From the NCBI RefSeq assembly GCF_009914755.1, contig NC_060940.1: a DNA stretch of 64,000 nucleotides. The stretch is one strand, 5' to 3'. Shown piece by piece: positions 1 through 26,319 of this stretch. How positions within the stretch are numbered: position 1 is the first letter of the stretch; each line of letters opens with the position of its first letter. The translations under genes and the position numbers were made by a program. This stretch comes from the human T2T-CHM13v2.0 reference genome, Homo sapiens. The notes under the pieces were generated by a model that worked only from the letters and a program-made list of their open reading frames with translations, ran no database searches and was not told the origin of the DNA.

Positions 1-8
1 AGCTGAAG

Positions 9-223
9 CAGGGTTTCTCAACCTTGGAACTGTTGACATTTGGGGCTGGTAATTCTGTGTTGTGGGAGGTTGTTCTGTGCATGTTAGGGTGTTTAGCAGC
101 GTCCTTGGTTTCTACTCACAAGATGCCAATGCACCTCCATCTCAACTAGTGACAAGCAAAAATGTCTCCTGACATTGCCAGCTGACCCGTGGGAGCAAAA
201 TCACCCTCAGTGGCAAACCATTG
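9..223 (+). mobile_element. MER20 DNA transposon (hAT-Charlie) relic
   Basis: CAGGGTTTCTCAACCTTGG...AAATGTCTCCTGACATTGCC...AACCATTG resembles the MER20 consensus with its termini. Confidence 0.8.
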
Positions 224-234
224 GGTTAAAGGGG

Positions 235-1040
<806 letters not shown>

Positions 1041-1415
1041 ATGACAAATGCGAAGGCCACAAGGTAAACACTCAATGAACGCCAGGCCTCTGAGGACACA
1101 AGGGATAGTAATGGTTATGGTAACCTCAGTGTTAGCAACTACAGCCTAACTCAAGAATTCCCCGAAGATGTGTTCCAAGGAATACTGAACTCAAAAAGTA
1201 GTTTTATTTAAAAAGGTTTTCAGGCCAGAAAATGCAGGACACCCAATTCCTTTTTGAGCAAATTAGGTATACTCAGTTAATTAAGACTCCAAGAAGGCCT
1301 GCAGTCATCATTACTCGATTTGAAGCTCTGGGAAATGAGGAGTGAAGTCTACCTCACTACAGTATCCCCCTTCCTAGCATAATGCTGAGGAACACTCAAT
1401 AAGAACGTGATAAAT

Positions 1416-2381
1416 TGTGGGCAGAGGATTACCCAGGTGCCGAGGCAAGAGACTGAAGGCACAAACTGTTTCAGTATAATGAAGAAAATAGTTACAATTA
1501 GAATAGTTATAATAGAAATTAGATATAGAGATGATCATGGACATTATCAATCATTAGTATAACCATTATTAATCATTAGCCTTTAATATTACTGTTTGTT
1601 TAATTACTGATATAACAAAGGAATAACCGGCGGGGATAGGGTCAGGTGCTGAAGAGACATTGTGAGAAGTGACCAAGAAGGCAAGAGGTGAGCCCTCTGT
1701 CACGCCTGCATAAGGGCCGCTTGAGGGCTCCTTGGTCAAGCGGTAATGCCAGTGCCTGGGAAAGCACCCGTGACTTAGCAGACCATGAAAGGGAGTCTCG
1801 CTTTACTTGGAGGAGTCAGGGAACACTCTGCTCCACCACCTTCTTGTGGGAGGTTGGATATTATCCAGGCCTGCCCACAGTCATCTGGAGGCCTAAACCC
1901 CTCCCTGTGGTGCTGTGCTTCAGTGGTCATGCTCCCTGTCCACTTTCATGTTCCTCCTGTACTCCTGGTTCCTCTTTGAAGTTCTTAGAAGATAGCGGTA
2001 GAAGAAACAGTGAAAGTCTTAAAGTCTTTGATCTTTCTGATAAGTGCATAGAAGAAAATGCAGATGTATGCTGCCTTCTCTCTCTGCTTCAGCTACCTAA
2101 AAGGGAAGGGCCCCCTGTCCCATGATCATGTGACTTGCTTGACCTTATCAATCACTCGGACAACTCACCCTCCTTACCCTGCCCCTTGTCTTATATAGAA
2201 TAAATATCAGCCCGCCCAGCCATTTGGAGCCACTACTGGTCTCTGCGTCTTGGTGGTAGTGGTCCCCCAGGCCCAGCTGTTTTTCTCTTTACTTCTTTGT
2301 CTGGTGTCTTTATTTCTTATCATCTCTCGTCTCCACACACGGGGAGAACACCCAATAAGCCCCGTAGGACTGGACCCTACA
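1416..2381 (+). mobile_element. Solo LTR13A-like (HERV-K HML-4 group)
   Basis: TG...CA termini (TGTGGGCAGAGGATTACCCAGG...GGACCCTACA), 966 bp, perfect 6-bp TSD ATAAAT at 1410-1415 and 2382-2387, AATAAA near 2199. Confidence 0.85.
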
Positions 2382-2708
2382 ATAAATGAATAAATTAACT
2401 GAATATTTACATGAGTAAACTTGTTAATTACAGAAGTCAGCTTAGCTGAGTTTCACCCAGTGTTTTCCAAGCTCTATGGACCACTGCACTACACAGATCC
2501 CTAGGACTAGAGCCCTACAGATGTGCTTTAGAAAAAAAGTAAAGAGACAAAAATAAAAAATAAAAAAATTTTAAAAATATACAAATATACTTTGGAAAAT
2601 GTAGCCCTTTCCCAGAATGGTAAAGCAAAAGTGAGTGACTCAGAAGGCAAGGACGATGACAGGACACATTTCTGGGATCTGAGTTTCACGGGGGCTTCAT
2701 TAATTTAA

Positions 2709-3003
<295 letters not shown>

Positions 3004-3168
3004 CTCATTTAAAACATTTAATTCAGCTCCAAAATGAGCCCTAAGAGATGAAAAAGCAAAAGCATTCTTGACCAAGTAGACTCTATTTTTTAAAAAGAAA
3101 TATAGCAATCTCTGGTGCCATTTTGTGTGCAGTAAAGCGGTGAAGCAAACATCCTCCATAGAGGTGAC

Positions 3169-3554
3169 TGTCACACGCGTCCGTGTGAAGAGAGTCCATC
3201 AAACAGGCTTTGTGTGAGCAACAAGGCTGTTTATTTCACCTGGGTGCAGGTGGGCTGAGTCCAAAATGGAGTCAGCAAAGGCTGGTGGGATTATAACTAG
3301 TTCTTTAGGTTTAGGATAGGCGTACAAAGTATATTCTTAAGGGCGGGGAGAATATTACAAAGTACCTTCTTAAGGGCGGGGGAGAATATGTGTATCAGTT
3401 AGGGTGGGGCAGGAACAAATCACAATGGTGGAATGTCATCAGTTAAGGCTATTCTCACTTCTTTTGTGGATCTTCAGTTGCTTCAGGCCATCTGGATATA
3501 TACGTGCAGGTCACAGGGGATACGATGGCTTAGCTTGGGCTCAGGGACCTGACC
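3169..3554 (-). mobile_element. Solo HERV-H LTR (LTR7B/type II-like)
   Basis: Reverse complement starts GTCAGGTCCCTGAGCCCAAGCTAAGCCATC and ends CACACGGACGCGTGTGACA; duplicated TTCTCCCCGCCCTTAAGAA unit; TSD degenerate (GTGAC/GTGGT). Confidence 0.85.
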
Positions 3555-3919
3555 GTGGTATCAATCTCACTCCTCACATCCACAGAAATGTCTGTCACTG
3601 CAAAGGTTGTAGCTCCCACACCCCAAAAGATTAAATTTCTCTCAAGTCATGATTCTATTCCGTAACGATTCTATCCGATGGTGCTTATGGCAAAAGTCAA
3701 GAAAATTGCCTATTGCAAACTCAGTTCCAGTTTCTGATTTTTGAGGGATGTGTTTAGACTACTGCCCCCCTTGTTTGTGTCTAAAATTTCCATCCAGATG
3801 AACAGTAAGCAAAATAAGTGATCGTGGAAAAACATACTCAAGAGGCACAAAAGACTTTTCGATAGCAATGGGAAAAGCCTTAGCCAAAATGAGGGCTTAC
3901 ATTTGCAACGTGCCCATTC

Positions 3920-4085
3920 CATGTCAGATACTCTTCTAGGTACTTCTCACATGCAAACTCATCTAATTAGGGGGTGGATCTTATTATGATTCCTGTCTTA
4001 CAGATGAGCACATTGCAGCTCAGAGAGGTAGAGTGACTGGACCCTTGACACACAGCCAGTAAGGGTGGGAGCTGGCATTGGATCA
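3920..4085. mobile_element. MIR relic
   Basis: TTACAGATGAG...GCTCAGAGAGG...ACACAGCCAGTAAG. Confidence 0.6.
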
Positions 4086-4094
4086 TAGTCTTAA

Positions 4095-4623
4095 TGTCGT
4101 AACCGAGTGAGTTATAGAGAAACGCCACACTCTGAGACTAATTCAGGAGTCCTTTACTGCCGGCGACCGAGAGACGGCTAGAGCTCAAAAACTCTGTCGG
4201 CCTCGAAGAAGGGGCTAGATTTCCTTTTATATCTTGGTTTAAAAAGGGGAGGGGGAGCCTAGCTGAAGCAATTTCACAGAAGCAGAACAGGCAAAAAGTT
4301 AAAAGATAAATGGTTACAGAAACAGTTACAGAAAAATAAACAGTTCCAGGTGCAGGGGCTTAAACTATCACAAAGAGATAAATGCAGGGGCTTTGGGTAC
4401 CATCAACCGAGCAAGCTCCCAGGAGCTGCTGGTACAGCTTGCCTCAGTATCTTATCAGTAAGTGCATTCCTGGATGCCTGGATGTGCTTGGAGTCAGCTT
4501 GTACCAGTTATGTCCTTAAGGGAGGAGGATAAGGGGCTGCAAGTGAAGAAACGAAAACGGAGTCTGTCTGGCTCTCTCAGCTAAGTGAGAGTCAATCAGG
4601 CTAAAACAAGGTAGGGTATCACA
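4095..4623 (-). mobile_element. Solo LTR6 (LTR6A/6B, HERV-S71/T group)
   Basis: Reverse complement begins TGTGATACCCTACCTTGTTTTAG; TG..CA ends; 4-bp TSD TTAA at 4091-4094 and 4624-4627. Confidence 0.8.
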
Positions 4624-4743
4624 TTAACGCTACACTCCACAGCGTCAATAATTTGCAGTAATCACCAATGCTACTTTTAAGAAGTTTTAATATGCACTTT
4701 GGTTATCCATTTATAACTTTAATACTAAAGTTAATTATCACGA

Positions 4744-4960
4744 GGCCAGTCATGGTGGCTCATGCCTGTAGTTAATACAAAAATTAGCCAGGCATGGTGG
4801 CATGCACCTGTAGTCCTGGCTACTTGAGAGGCTCAGGTAGGAAAATTGCTTGAACCAAAAAGGTGGAAGTTGCTGTGAGCCGAGATCGCACCACTGCACT
4901 CCAGCCTGGGCGACAGAGTGAGACTCAGTCTCAAAAATAAATAAATAAAAAGTAAAAACA
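4744..4960 (+). mobile_element. Alu with internal left-arm deletion
   Basis: CATGCCTGTAG joined directly to AATACAAAAATTAGCC. Confidence 0.85.
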
Positions 4961-5339
4961 TAAAGTGAATTATCTGGTAGAAGTATAGGAGGTATGGAGG
5001 GAGAAAGTATCTACACCCAAGACACATTAGAGTCCTTCCTGAGGCACTTAAGTCCCAGACCCTGGGACACTAAACGACATGAAAGGCAAGAAATAGCTAC
5101 CATTTTGCAATTCCGTATTATTCCAAATATACCTCTTACTGCCTTTTTTCATGCTCCTTGTATTTGCTGAAGAGGTTTAAAACAAAGAGTAAACTGCAAT
5201 GCCAGCTCAACTTGCATAATTCTAATGAATCGATTCCAAACAACATTCAAAGCAGTAATATCCTCACCCTCACTTCCTCCAGGCCCACCCCTAAATCAAA
5301 AATAAAAAATGGCTTGATCCCTTTACAAACACTAGACTA

Positions 5340-5500
5340 GGAACTTCACTTATAATATCTCATTTAATCCCTAGCTTAAACTGACAAGCAAATATTAGTT
5401 CTCATTTTACAAATGAGGAGACTGAGGTTCATAGTGGTTCAGTGTCTTGCCCAAGGTCACACACCTAGTAAAGGACATGAAGAGGGTTCTGAACCACGTC
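5340..5500. mobile_element. MIR relic
   Basis: CTCATTTTACAAATGAGGAGACTGAGG...CTTGCCCAAGGTCACAC. Confidence 0.7.
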
Positions 5501-5630
5501 TGTTTTCAAAATCTCCAGGTTCTGCTGCCTTCTGTATTTCAAGGTGGTTTCACCAGAGAAATCCCCCAAGCCCCAGAAGGAAAAACAAACAAAAAAACAG
5601 TTATATTCCAATGTCCTCACAAGAACTGGA

Positions 5631-5927
<297 letters not shown>

Positions 5928-6572
5928 TTAATTTTAAAAAAAGAACTGGAGATAGTATAAATGTTATTAAACTTGAGTGCTGCTAGTTGAGAACTGTGAC
6001 CAATTAAATAGCTACTTCCTCTGTTCTGAACTGCATCCAGCCTGTTGATGAGATTGGCAGATCAGCGCTTTGAGCCGTAATGTGAAGAATCTCAGGAGAA
6101 GAAAAGAGCAGATAATGGCACTTCGCTACGGGTGGGGCTCAGTGGAGAGGCCAACACTTGTAAGAATTGTGTTAATAGCAACGTTTCTGGGATCCCTGCA
6201 GTCAACCAGAATGTGACATGTAAAAAGAAGTTTATTATTTTTTCCATATTAATACTGATCAAGTGCAGACATAAAACCTCTCTGCAGGTTTCATTTCTTT
6301 TGGATACAGGCACATTTTGCCATTTTCAAACACAAAATCTCTGTGACCAATGCTTGCTCATGAAAGGCTAATAATAATGCATTGACTGCTACAAGCTATT
6401 TTTTGTTCTGGCTGAAAATTTGTGACACTCCCTAGGTGAAGCTTTTCTTCCAGGGTTTTTACAAGGTCACTGCTGTTTTCTAGGGCACTCGTCCCAAACT
6501 GTGGAGGTGAGAGTAGTGCTGGACATGTGTCGATGCCAGAACGTTCATCTCGATATTTGAGTCAGAGTTTAA

Positions 6573-6878
<306 letters not shown>

Positions 6879-7041
6879 ACAATGAACTGGTTTTGAACAA
6901 CTTTTTTGTCTCAAACACTGCCCTTGACACTGGAGCTAGACCAGGGAAAAAGGACCAAGTTGGCCTCCATGGAGCTTATATCCTAGTGGGGCAGGAAAAA
7001 AGATTTTTAAAAGATAAATTAAATAAACGAATTAACATTTG

Positions 7042-7821
<780 letters not shown>

Positions 7822-7875
7822 GCAGCTAATAGGATTCTCAGACAGTGATAAATGGCATGAAGAAAATGAAGCAGG

Positions 7876-8650
<775 letters not shown>

Positions 8651-8654
8651 TCTC

Positions 8655-8916
8655 AAGATCGTGAACTCAGAACACTAAACCAGGTGAGGGGCCTTTTTGA
8701 GCATGGGCCCTGTGTAGCTGATAGAGACCCTACCTTATCTTTCTGCATTAAACTGTTCAGCACTTTCGTGTTTGCCTGGGTAAGAGATCTTTCACTTTTC
8801 ACCTGGAACACGGAGCCCTGTTCTTTGGTGTCTGTGTCCCCGATGGTGCCCTCACACTTTGCACTTGAATAAACTCTTTCAACTAGATCCTGAGCCTTTG
8901 ATCATTTTAGGTTGAC
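8655..8916 (+). mobile_element. ERV1 (MER4-group) LTR 3' fragment
   Basis: AATAAA followed by the terminus ATCATTTTAGGTTGACA typical of MER4-group LTRs. Confidence 0.5.
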
Positions 8917-8950
8917 AAAAACCTAACACAGCCTGACCTCTATGGTTTGA

Positions 8951-9397
<447 letters not shown>

Positions 9398-9999
9398 TGC
9401 TTGTAATTTTTAATCATTGGTTAGGTTTAGTGTTAGATTAGATGCATGATTCACAAATCTAATTTGACATGTCAATTCTTTGTGTCAACACAGTTTTCTT
9501 TAAAAAATTTTCCCCCAAATGAGAATTACTTGAAATTTTGAAAATAAAAGAAATCTTTCTGAAATTAATTGAATATTTGAAAGTAAAATAAAATAGGTAT
9601 TCATCCTTAAAATTCTGATTCATATTGTCAAACTATCCTCCCTTCAGAGACATTTTCACTTTCAATCATACACACAGAGCATGAGTGTGCCGCCTTCACA
9701 CCTACCAGACACCAAGCTAGGCTCTGTATCATCCTTACCACCACGATCAGTGGAAAATAAAAGCACTCATTTCTGTAGCAATGGTAATTACGTAGTCTGG
9801 GGTAGAGCAATCAGTCAAGTCCCCCCAAACTAGCACGCCGTTTGCTAGGAGGGGGTTGGAAGAATGCATCAACTGTCTATCAGCCATTTCTCTACATCTG
9901 CCTTCCCAGTGATTTATCTGTAGGCACCTGCTGATCACCCATCTCATCATGCCTGGCAACAACTTTGGAGAAACCAGACTGTCAACAAGAGTGGAAGCT

Positions 10000-11560
<1,561 letters not shown>

Positions 11561-12066
11561 CAAGAGTCTGGGTGACAAATCACCCAGAGCTAGGAGGATT
11601 AAGCTAATGTGGGATGAAGGACCATTTGGACACTCTAATGGCGCTTCTTCTCAAAAAAAAAAATTAAATAATTGCATATGCATATACGTGCACATGCCCA
11701 CGTATAAATATAATTCAGCCTATAAATTCTGGTGGATTCACTGACACCTGAAGCCCACCCTCAGATCCCCAATTTAAACATTTTTCATTAATAGAAAACA
11801 TACTGTCATTGCACTAAGCCATTTTGTTTTGAATCCTTACACCAACCCTTCAAGTAGAAATTAATAGTTTCATTTTATAGAGTAAGAAAGCAACACGCCA
11901 ACACACAGAGCTAACAAAACATGCTCAGATCACATTGCAAGCCAGCATCACACTAGTTAGGTTCTTTGAGTGCAAGTAACAGAAATTTGTTCCAGCAAAC
12001 ATGTGAAGAAAAGGGATGAATGGCAAGGATATCAGGTAACTTGAAGAATCAAAAAAAAATGGCTGT

Positions 12067-12387
12067 GGCTAGGCACAGTGGCTCATGCCTGTAATCCCAG
12101 CACCCTGGGAGGTCAAGGCGGGAGGATCACTTGAGCCCAGAGTTCAAGCCCAATCTTGGCAACATAGTGAGACATTGTCTCTACTAAAAATTAAAAAAGT
12201 TAGCCGGGCATGGTGGCACATACCTGTAGTCCCAGCTACCCAGCACAGAGGCGGGAGGTAGGGGCTGAGGTAGGAGGATCGCTTGAGCCTTGGAGGTTGA
12301 GGTTGCAGTGAGCTGTGATCACACCACTGCACTCCAGCCTAGGTAACAGCGCAAGATCCTGTCTCAAAAAAAAAAAAAAAAAAAAAA
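12067..12387 (+). mobile_element. AluJ
   Basis: Full Alu; TSD AAAAAAATGGCTGT / AAAAAAAGGCTGT. Confidence 0.9.
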
Positions 12388-12493
12388 GGCTGTGAAGTTG
12401 GGCTCGAAACAGTAGAAATCAGAGCAGCTCTACAGCCCTATTTTTATTTCAAACTTTATATTACCATCCTCAGAATGTATTGCCCTGAGCTGT

Positions 12494-12968
12494 TGACAAA
12501 GATTCTCTCCTTGACCAAACTTTAGTCAGGCTCCTCTGAACCCTCTTCCTAACTTGGCCTTGACCTTTGGACTTCCTTGTTTGTCTTTGCATCTCCCAGT
12601 TTTAGCAAATTTTCTGTCATGTTGATTTAGCCAGAATCCCCACATGCTATAGCTGACAATCCTCAAATACTTAATCAAAGTCTTCTTCCCCACAACCCCC
12701 AGGTGATGTCTGACCACCTAGCTTGGCTTTAGCAAGAATCCTGTTAGGTCATTTTTAGCAAGAATTCCTCTATCCTCTAATTAATAGTACTTTTCCATCC
12801 ACTAATCCTTCCCACCACAACCCTGCCCTTTGGCTATAAACCCCCATTTTTCCTTGTTGTATTTGAAAGTGATCCCAATCTCGTTCTCCTACTGCAAAAC
12901 CCCATTGCAGTGGTTTCTTGGACAAAGACTTTTGCACTGTTCTTTAACAAGGGTCAGAATATCTTCTC
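12494..12968 (+). mobile_element. MER31-like ERV1 LTR
   Basis: TGACAAAGATTCTCTCCTTGACCAAACTTTAGTCAGGCTCC start; GCAAGAATCCTGTTAGGTC repeats; TATA-like GGCTATAAA. Confidence 0.7.
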
Positions 12969-13763
12969 CTGGGGAATTGCTTTAACCTGGGTGGCGGAGG
13001 TTCAAGTGAGCCAAGATTGCGCCACTGCACTCCAGCCTGGGCATCAGAGTGAAACTCCATCTCAAAAAAAAAAAAAAAGAAAAAATATTTTCTCTTGGGG
13101 TGAGTCATATGTCCACACATGGCCAAGGAAACTGCCAAAAAGGCTGTGTACTATGGGTATGATCCCTAGAGGGAAAGTGGGATGCAATGACTGAAAACAA
13201 AGTAGGGAGGTGAGAAACACCAACACATCTACAGTAAAAATGGCATCCGTAGAATGATGGTTTGGGAGTGAATCCAACCAGGATATCCCTACCCTCCTTT
13301 CCACGCTCTGATTTGAAGAGAAGTTGGGCTTACTGGTAATTAATCAACTTATTTAATCAATACTTGTCTCTACTATGAATTTGTAATTTAGTTTTCCTAA
13401 TGATGTGTCAGCAATTTTGAGTCATGTCTGACCTATGAGTGCTCAGAAAGTACACTGAAAGTCAAATGGATGGTTAGGCTTTCACCCAGGCCTTGGATGA
13501 GTTTTATGAGTGTTAAGATGTCATGGAAGGATGTAGTTTTGCCTTTCCAGAACACATCCTTCTTCTGCTAACAGCATCCTGATTTCCCCTTGCTCTGTCT
13601 CTAAGAATGAACATAAGATCCAGTCTTGGCCAACCAGAAATAATTCAAATTAGTCCCAGGTTTGAAATTATTCATGAAATTATTGGGAAATACATATGTT
13701 TTTCTAGGTTTCCCAGCCTGGAACACGAAGACTAAGGCTGATAGTACATTTTTACATTTCCTA

Positions 13764-15618
<1,855 letters not shown>

Positions 15619-16144
15619 TATGTGTCTTTTTAATATTGGATTTGTGCTACTTGCAACTTAGAAACATATGACTAATACAAAGGTGTCCTACCATGTCTAA
15701 TCATGTAGTGAGACCAATGACTTTTGGTAAGATAGTAAACGTGTTGTTGGTTTTTTACTTACTTAACCACATGCTATAACATAGACAGAGACAGAGAGTA
15801 GGAGAAAAAACAAAAGACACCAAAATACTAAAGGCACATACATTTGTACTCCAGCCAACTCTTTCCCTGTTTTGTCTCTCTCTACTTTCAGGCTCCTTTT
15901 TTATAGATACCTAATATTATCAGGATGCTGGGTTATCTAAATCCATTTACAGCTTTGCACCATGAAAATAAATCACCTATTTTAAATAAACTAACAAAAT
16001 TAAATATCTAAGTACCCAGGACCTGAATATAGTTCTGTCACTGAGGTGGTTTGTATTTTAAGAGGCCTCTTGAAAGAATGCAATGTTTAACCAAATGGAA
16101 TAAACGAATAGTGGTAGAATTCCGGGCATTCCTCTAGTAAAGAC

Positions 16145-19366
<3,222 letters not shown>

Positions 19367-19650
19367 AATTAAGAAGGTCCTAGTTTTTCGTTTATCTTCC
19401 AATGCTGCTCATTACATCAAAGAGAAAGTTGGTGGTATTCCATCTACAAAACTTCTCAAATCCTGGGTAATGCCCCTTTGTAACAATAGGAATAGGACCA
19501 AGGTCTTCAGATAACCATATCTGGCAATTATTTGGTAGCACCATTTTTATTTCCATGGCATTTGTTTGCAAAGTTGTCTTCCAATTACAGAGTAATCGCA
19601 AGTTTTCCATTTATCAGTGATATGAGATTTCTTTCTAAAAGAATTATCTA

Positions 19651-20235
<585 letters not shown>

Positions 20236-20413
20236 TGATGTATTGTCCTACATCTCTCATTCTCCCTCTCACCAATTGTTCCAGAACAATTGCAGGCCCT
20301 GGAGAGAAAGCAGGGCCTTCTAGAAAGAGAAATATAGCATTGACTAAAGATTACAGGAAGAGGAAGATTTGCCCTCCTACTTCCCCCTCTTCTTCTGTCT
20401 AGTATGATCACAG

Positions 20414-20889
20414 TGATTGGACTCTGGTGAAGGCTCCAAGATGGCCATCGGTAACCATCTTGACTACCCTGACTCAGCATTCCCGGATTCGCCGGTTCCC
20501 ACCATCCCAGCGGCCATCTTGGCCACCCTGACTTGGCATTTTCGCTTATTCCCGCCGTTTATTCCCGCCATCCCAACAGCCACCTCCGATACACTGACTC
20601 AGCATTTCTGGGTTCACCTTTCCTGTTCCCGCCACCCAGACCAACTCGCATGCCCACTAGGGCGTGTCACACTCAGAAGCGTGAAACTCAACCGACCCCG
20701 CCCCTACCCCACCCACTCCTCATCCAGCATCCATATAAGTCACGCTGCACCTTTGGCACAGCGTAACTTCCCTGGCCCTCCCCCTGCGGACAAGTGAACC
20801 TCGCCCCAGAGCTCAATAAAGAAGATTTTTGCCCTCTTTGTCTCGCCTCTCAGCCTTATTGATCCACGGTGCCCTTCCATTGCCTTTCA
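20414..20889 (+). mobile_element. Intact solo ERV1 LTR (probably HERV-H/F group, LTR21-like)
   Basis: TG...CA termini, 476 bp, perfect 5-bp TSD CACAG at 20409-20413 and 20890-20894, TATA-like CATATAA near 20733, AATAAA near 20815; family name tentative. Confidence 0.75.
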
Positions 20890-20904
20890 CACAGCATCAA
20901 GGAC

Positions 20905-21976
<1,072 letters not shown>

Positions 21977-22074
21977 GACAGCAGCTTATACTGCAGCTTG
22001 AACTCTAAGGCTGGCCCCATGTAGTCATATTAAGTAGCTTATAGCCCAGTAAGCATAGTTAACATTTACTGAAA

Positions 22075-22250
22075 ACTTCCCAGGCCCTTCAAATGCATTT
22101 TCTCACTGTAATATCTTATTGAGGTAGGTTTTATTCCCATTTTATAGATAAAGAAACTAAGGCTCAGGTAAGTTGAATACATTGTCTGATATCACCCAGC
22201 TAGAAGTAGGAGGGCCAGAGTTTGAACTCAGGCTGCTCTTACTTCAGATA
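22075..22250. mobile_element. MIR relic
   Basis: CCCATTTTATAGATAAAGAAACTAAGGCTCAG core. Confidence 0.7.
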
Positions 22251-23509
22251 ATTGGTATCCCATTCTATCCAAACACCTGCTATGCAAATAAAGTTAGATA
22301 GGGAGGAATACTTGTACTTGCTTTTGGAGCGAGACTCCATCACAAAAAAAAAAAAAAAAAAAAATGTGTTTTCAAGTCTCAAAGAATGCAAAGTAGCTAC
22401 TTTTTTCTAGAGGACCCAGTTGTGCTGTGCAAATCAGACAAGGGAAGGTGACGAGAGTCCCTTCTCTGCCTTTTTCTGCGCTCTCAGTGAATGGATTCAA
22501 ATCCAGCCTCTGTCATTCACTCACCTTGAGATCTAGACCCAGAGGCTCCCTCTCTCTGGCCTGGCTTCTTGGTCCTGGATGACCCACCTCAGTGTATCCA
22601 GCAGTCTTTCCTCTGCCCGCTCTGCTCCCCAGACCTACCTGTGACCATATCTTCTCCGCCTTGGGCCAGTTTTCACTGCTTTCATGGCATCTGGCTACCC
22701 GGATAGATGTGGAGGGGAGTTGGGACCCCTCGGACCGTGAAGAAAAGAAGCCTCCATCCCATTTCCTGGGAAAGCATCTGAACAACAGTGAGACCTTTCA
22801 GGAGGCCAGATGTGGGCACCTCCCAACACCTGGGCTTCATTATGCTGAATGTGTCGCCTCCTTTTCTACTCCTCGAGTTGCCTTAGAAAAGATTTCCTAT
22901 GACTGGCTCTGCAGGTGGAGACCCGAGAAACCTGGAGAGGGTTGGAGGTGGGAATGGGGGTGGGGAGAGCTCTACACTTTATTGTGTCTCGCACAATTCC
23001 TGGCACATATGAGCGTGGCTGCTATGAAAACAAATCAGAAATGGAGATGATTATGTCAGAGATCTCTACAAAGGAGCCAGGAGGGCAGGGGAAGCTGGCC
23101 CCTAGTCATGCATCACGCACACGACCAGATGGGATTTAACCTGTTTGAACTGGGCCAAATCGCAACCGTCCTGGAGAAGCAGCTGCATTGGATTTGAGCT
23201 GCTCACACCGGGCGGATCACGAAGCTCCCAAGGAGACAGCTGTACCAAATTAAGCTGATCATGGCCTGGAGACTTTCTAAGCTGTCAACCAGCTATTATC
23301 AATCCTGGGCTGTGCTAAAATCTTCCACTTGTGTAAACTTGCAGTAAACCTTTACAAACCCCTGCCTACCTCACCTGGACCAAACACAATTTAGCTACTT
23401 GCTAGATTTGTGTCTCCTGAATTGCAGTTTAAAAACCCTGATTAAAACATTGTCTGTTTTATTTGTGGCTCCACAGTATTGGTTCTATTTCTCACTAGTT
23501 GACAGTGCA

Positions 23510-25907
<2,398 letters not shown>

Positions 25908-26298
25908 TGTCAGGCCTCTGAGCCCAAGCTAAGCCATCATATCCCCTGTGGCCTGCACATACACATCCAGATGGCCGGTTCCTGCCTTAACTGATGACAT
26001 TCCACCACAAAAGAAGTGAAAATGGCCTGTTCCTGCCTTAACTGATGACATTACCTTGTGAAATTCCTTCTTCTGGCTCATCCTGGCTCAAAAGCTCCCC
26101 TGCTGAGCACCTTGTGACCCCCTGCCCCTGCCAGCCAGAGAACAACCCCCTTTGACTGTAATTTTCCTTTACCCAAACCCTATAAAACAGCCCCACCCCT
26201 ATCTTCGGACTCAGCCCGCCTGCACCCAGGTGAAATAAACAGCCTTGTTGATCACACAAAGCCTGTTTGATGGTCTCTTCACACTGACGTGAGTGAAA
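25908..26298 (+). promoter_or_regulatory. HERV-H 5' LTR (LTR7), 391 bp
   Basis: TGTCAGGCCTCTGAGCCCAAGC...GTGAAA; TATAAAA near 26181; AATAAA near 26234. Confidence 0.95.
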
Positions 26299-26301
26299 TT
26301 T

Positions 26302-26319
26302 TGGTGCCGTGACTCGGAT
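26302..26319 (+). other. Primer-binding site for tRNA-His
   Basis: TGGTGCCGTGACTCGGAT, complementary to the 3' 18 nt of tRNA-His(GUG). Confidence 0.95.

Noticed and set aside
22592-23050. 152-aa ORF in non-Alu sequence as a host gene
   Set aside because: The start codon is GTG rather than ATG, there is no recognisable domain, and no supporting exon structure.
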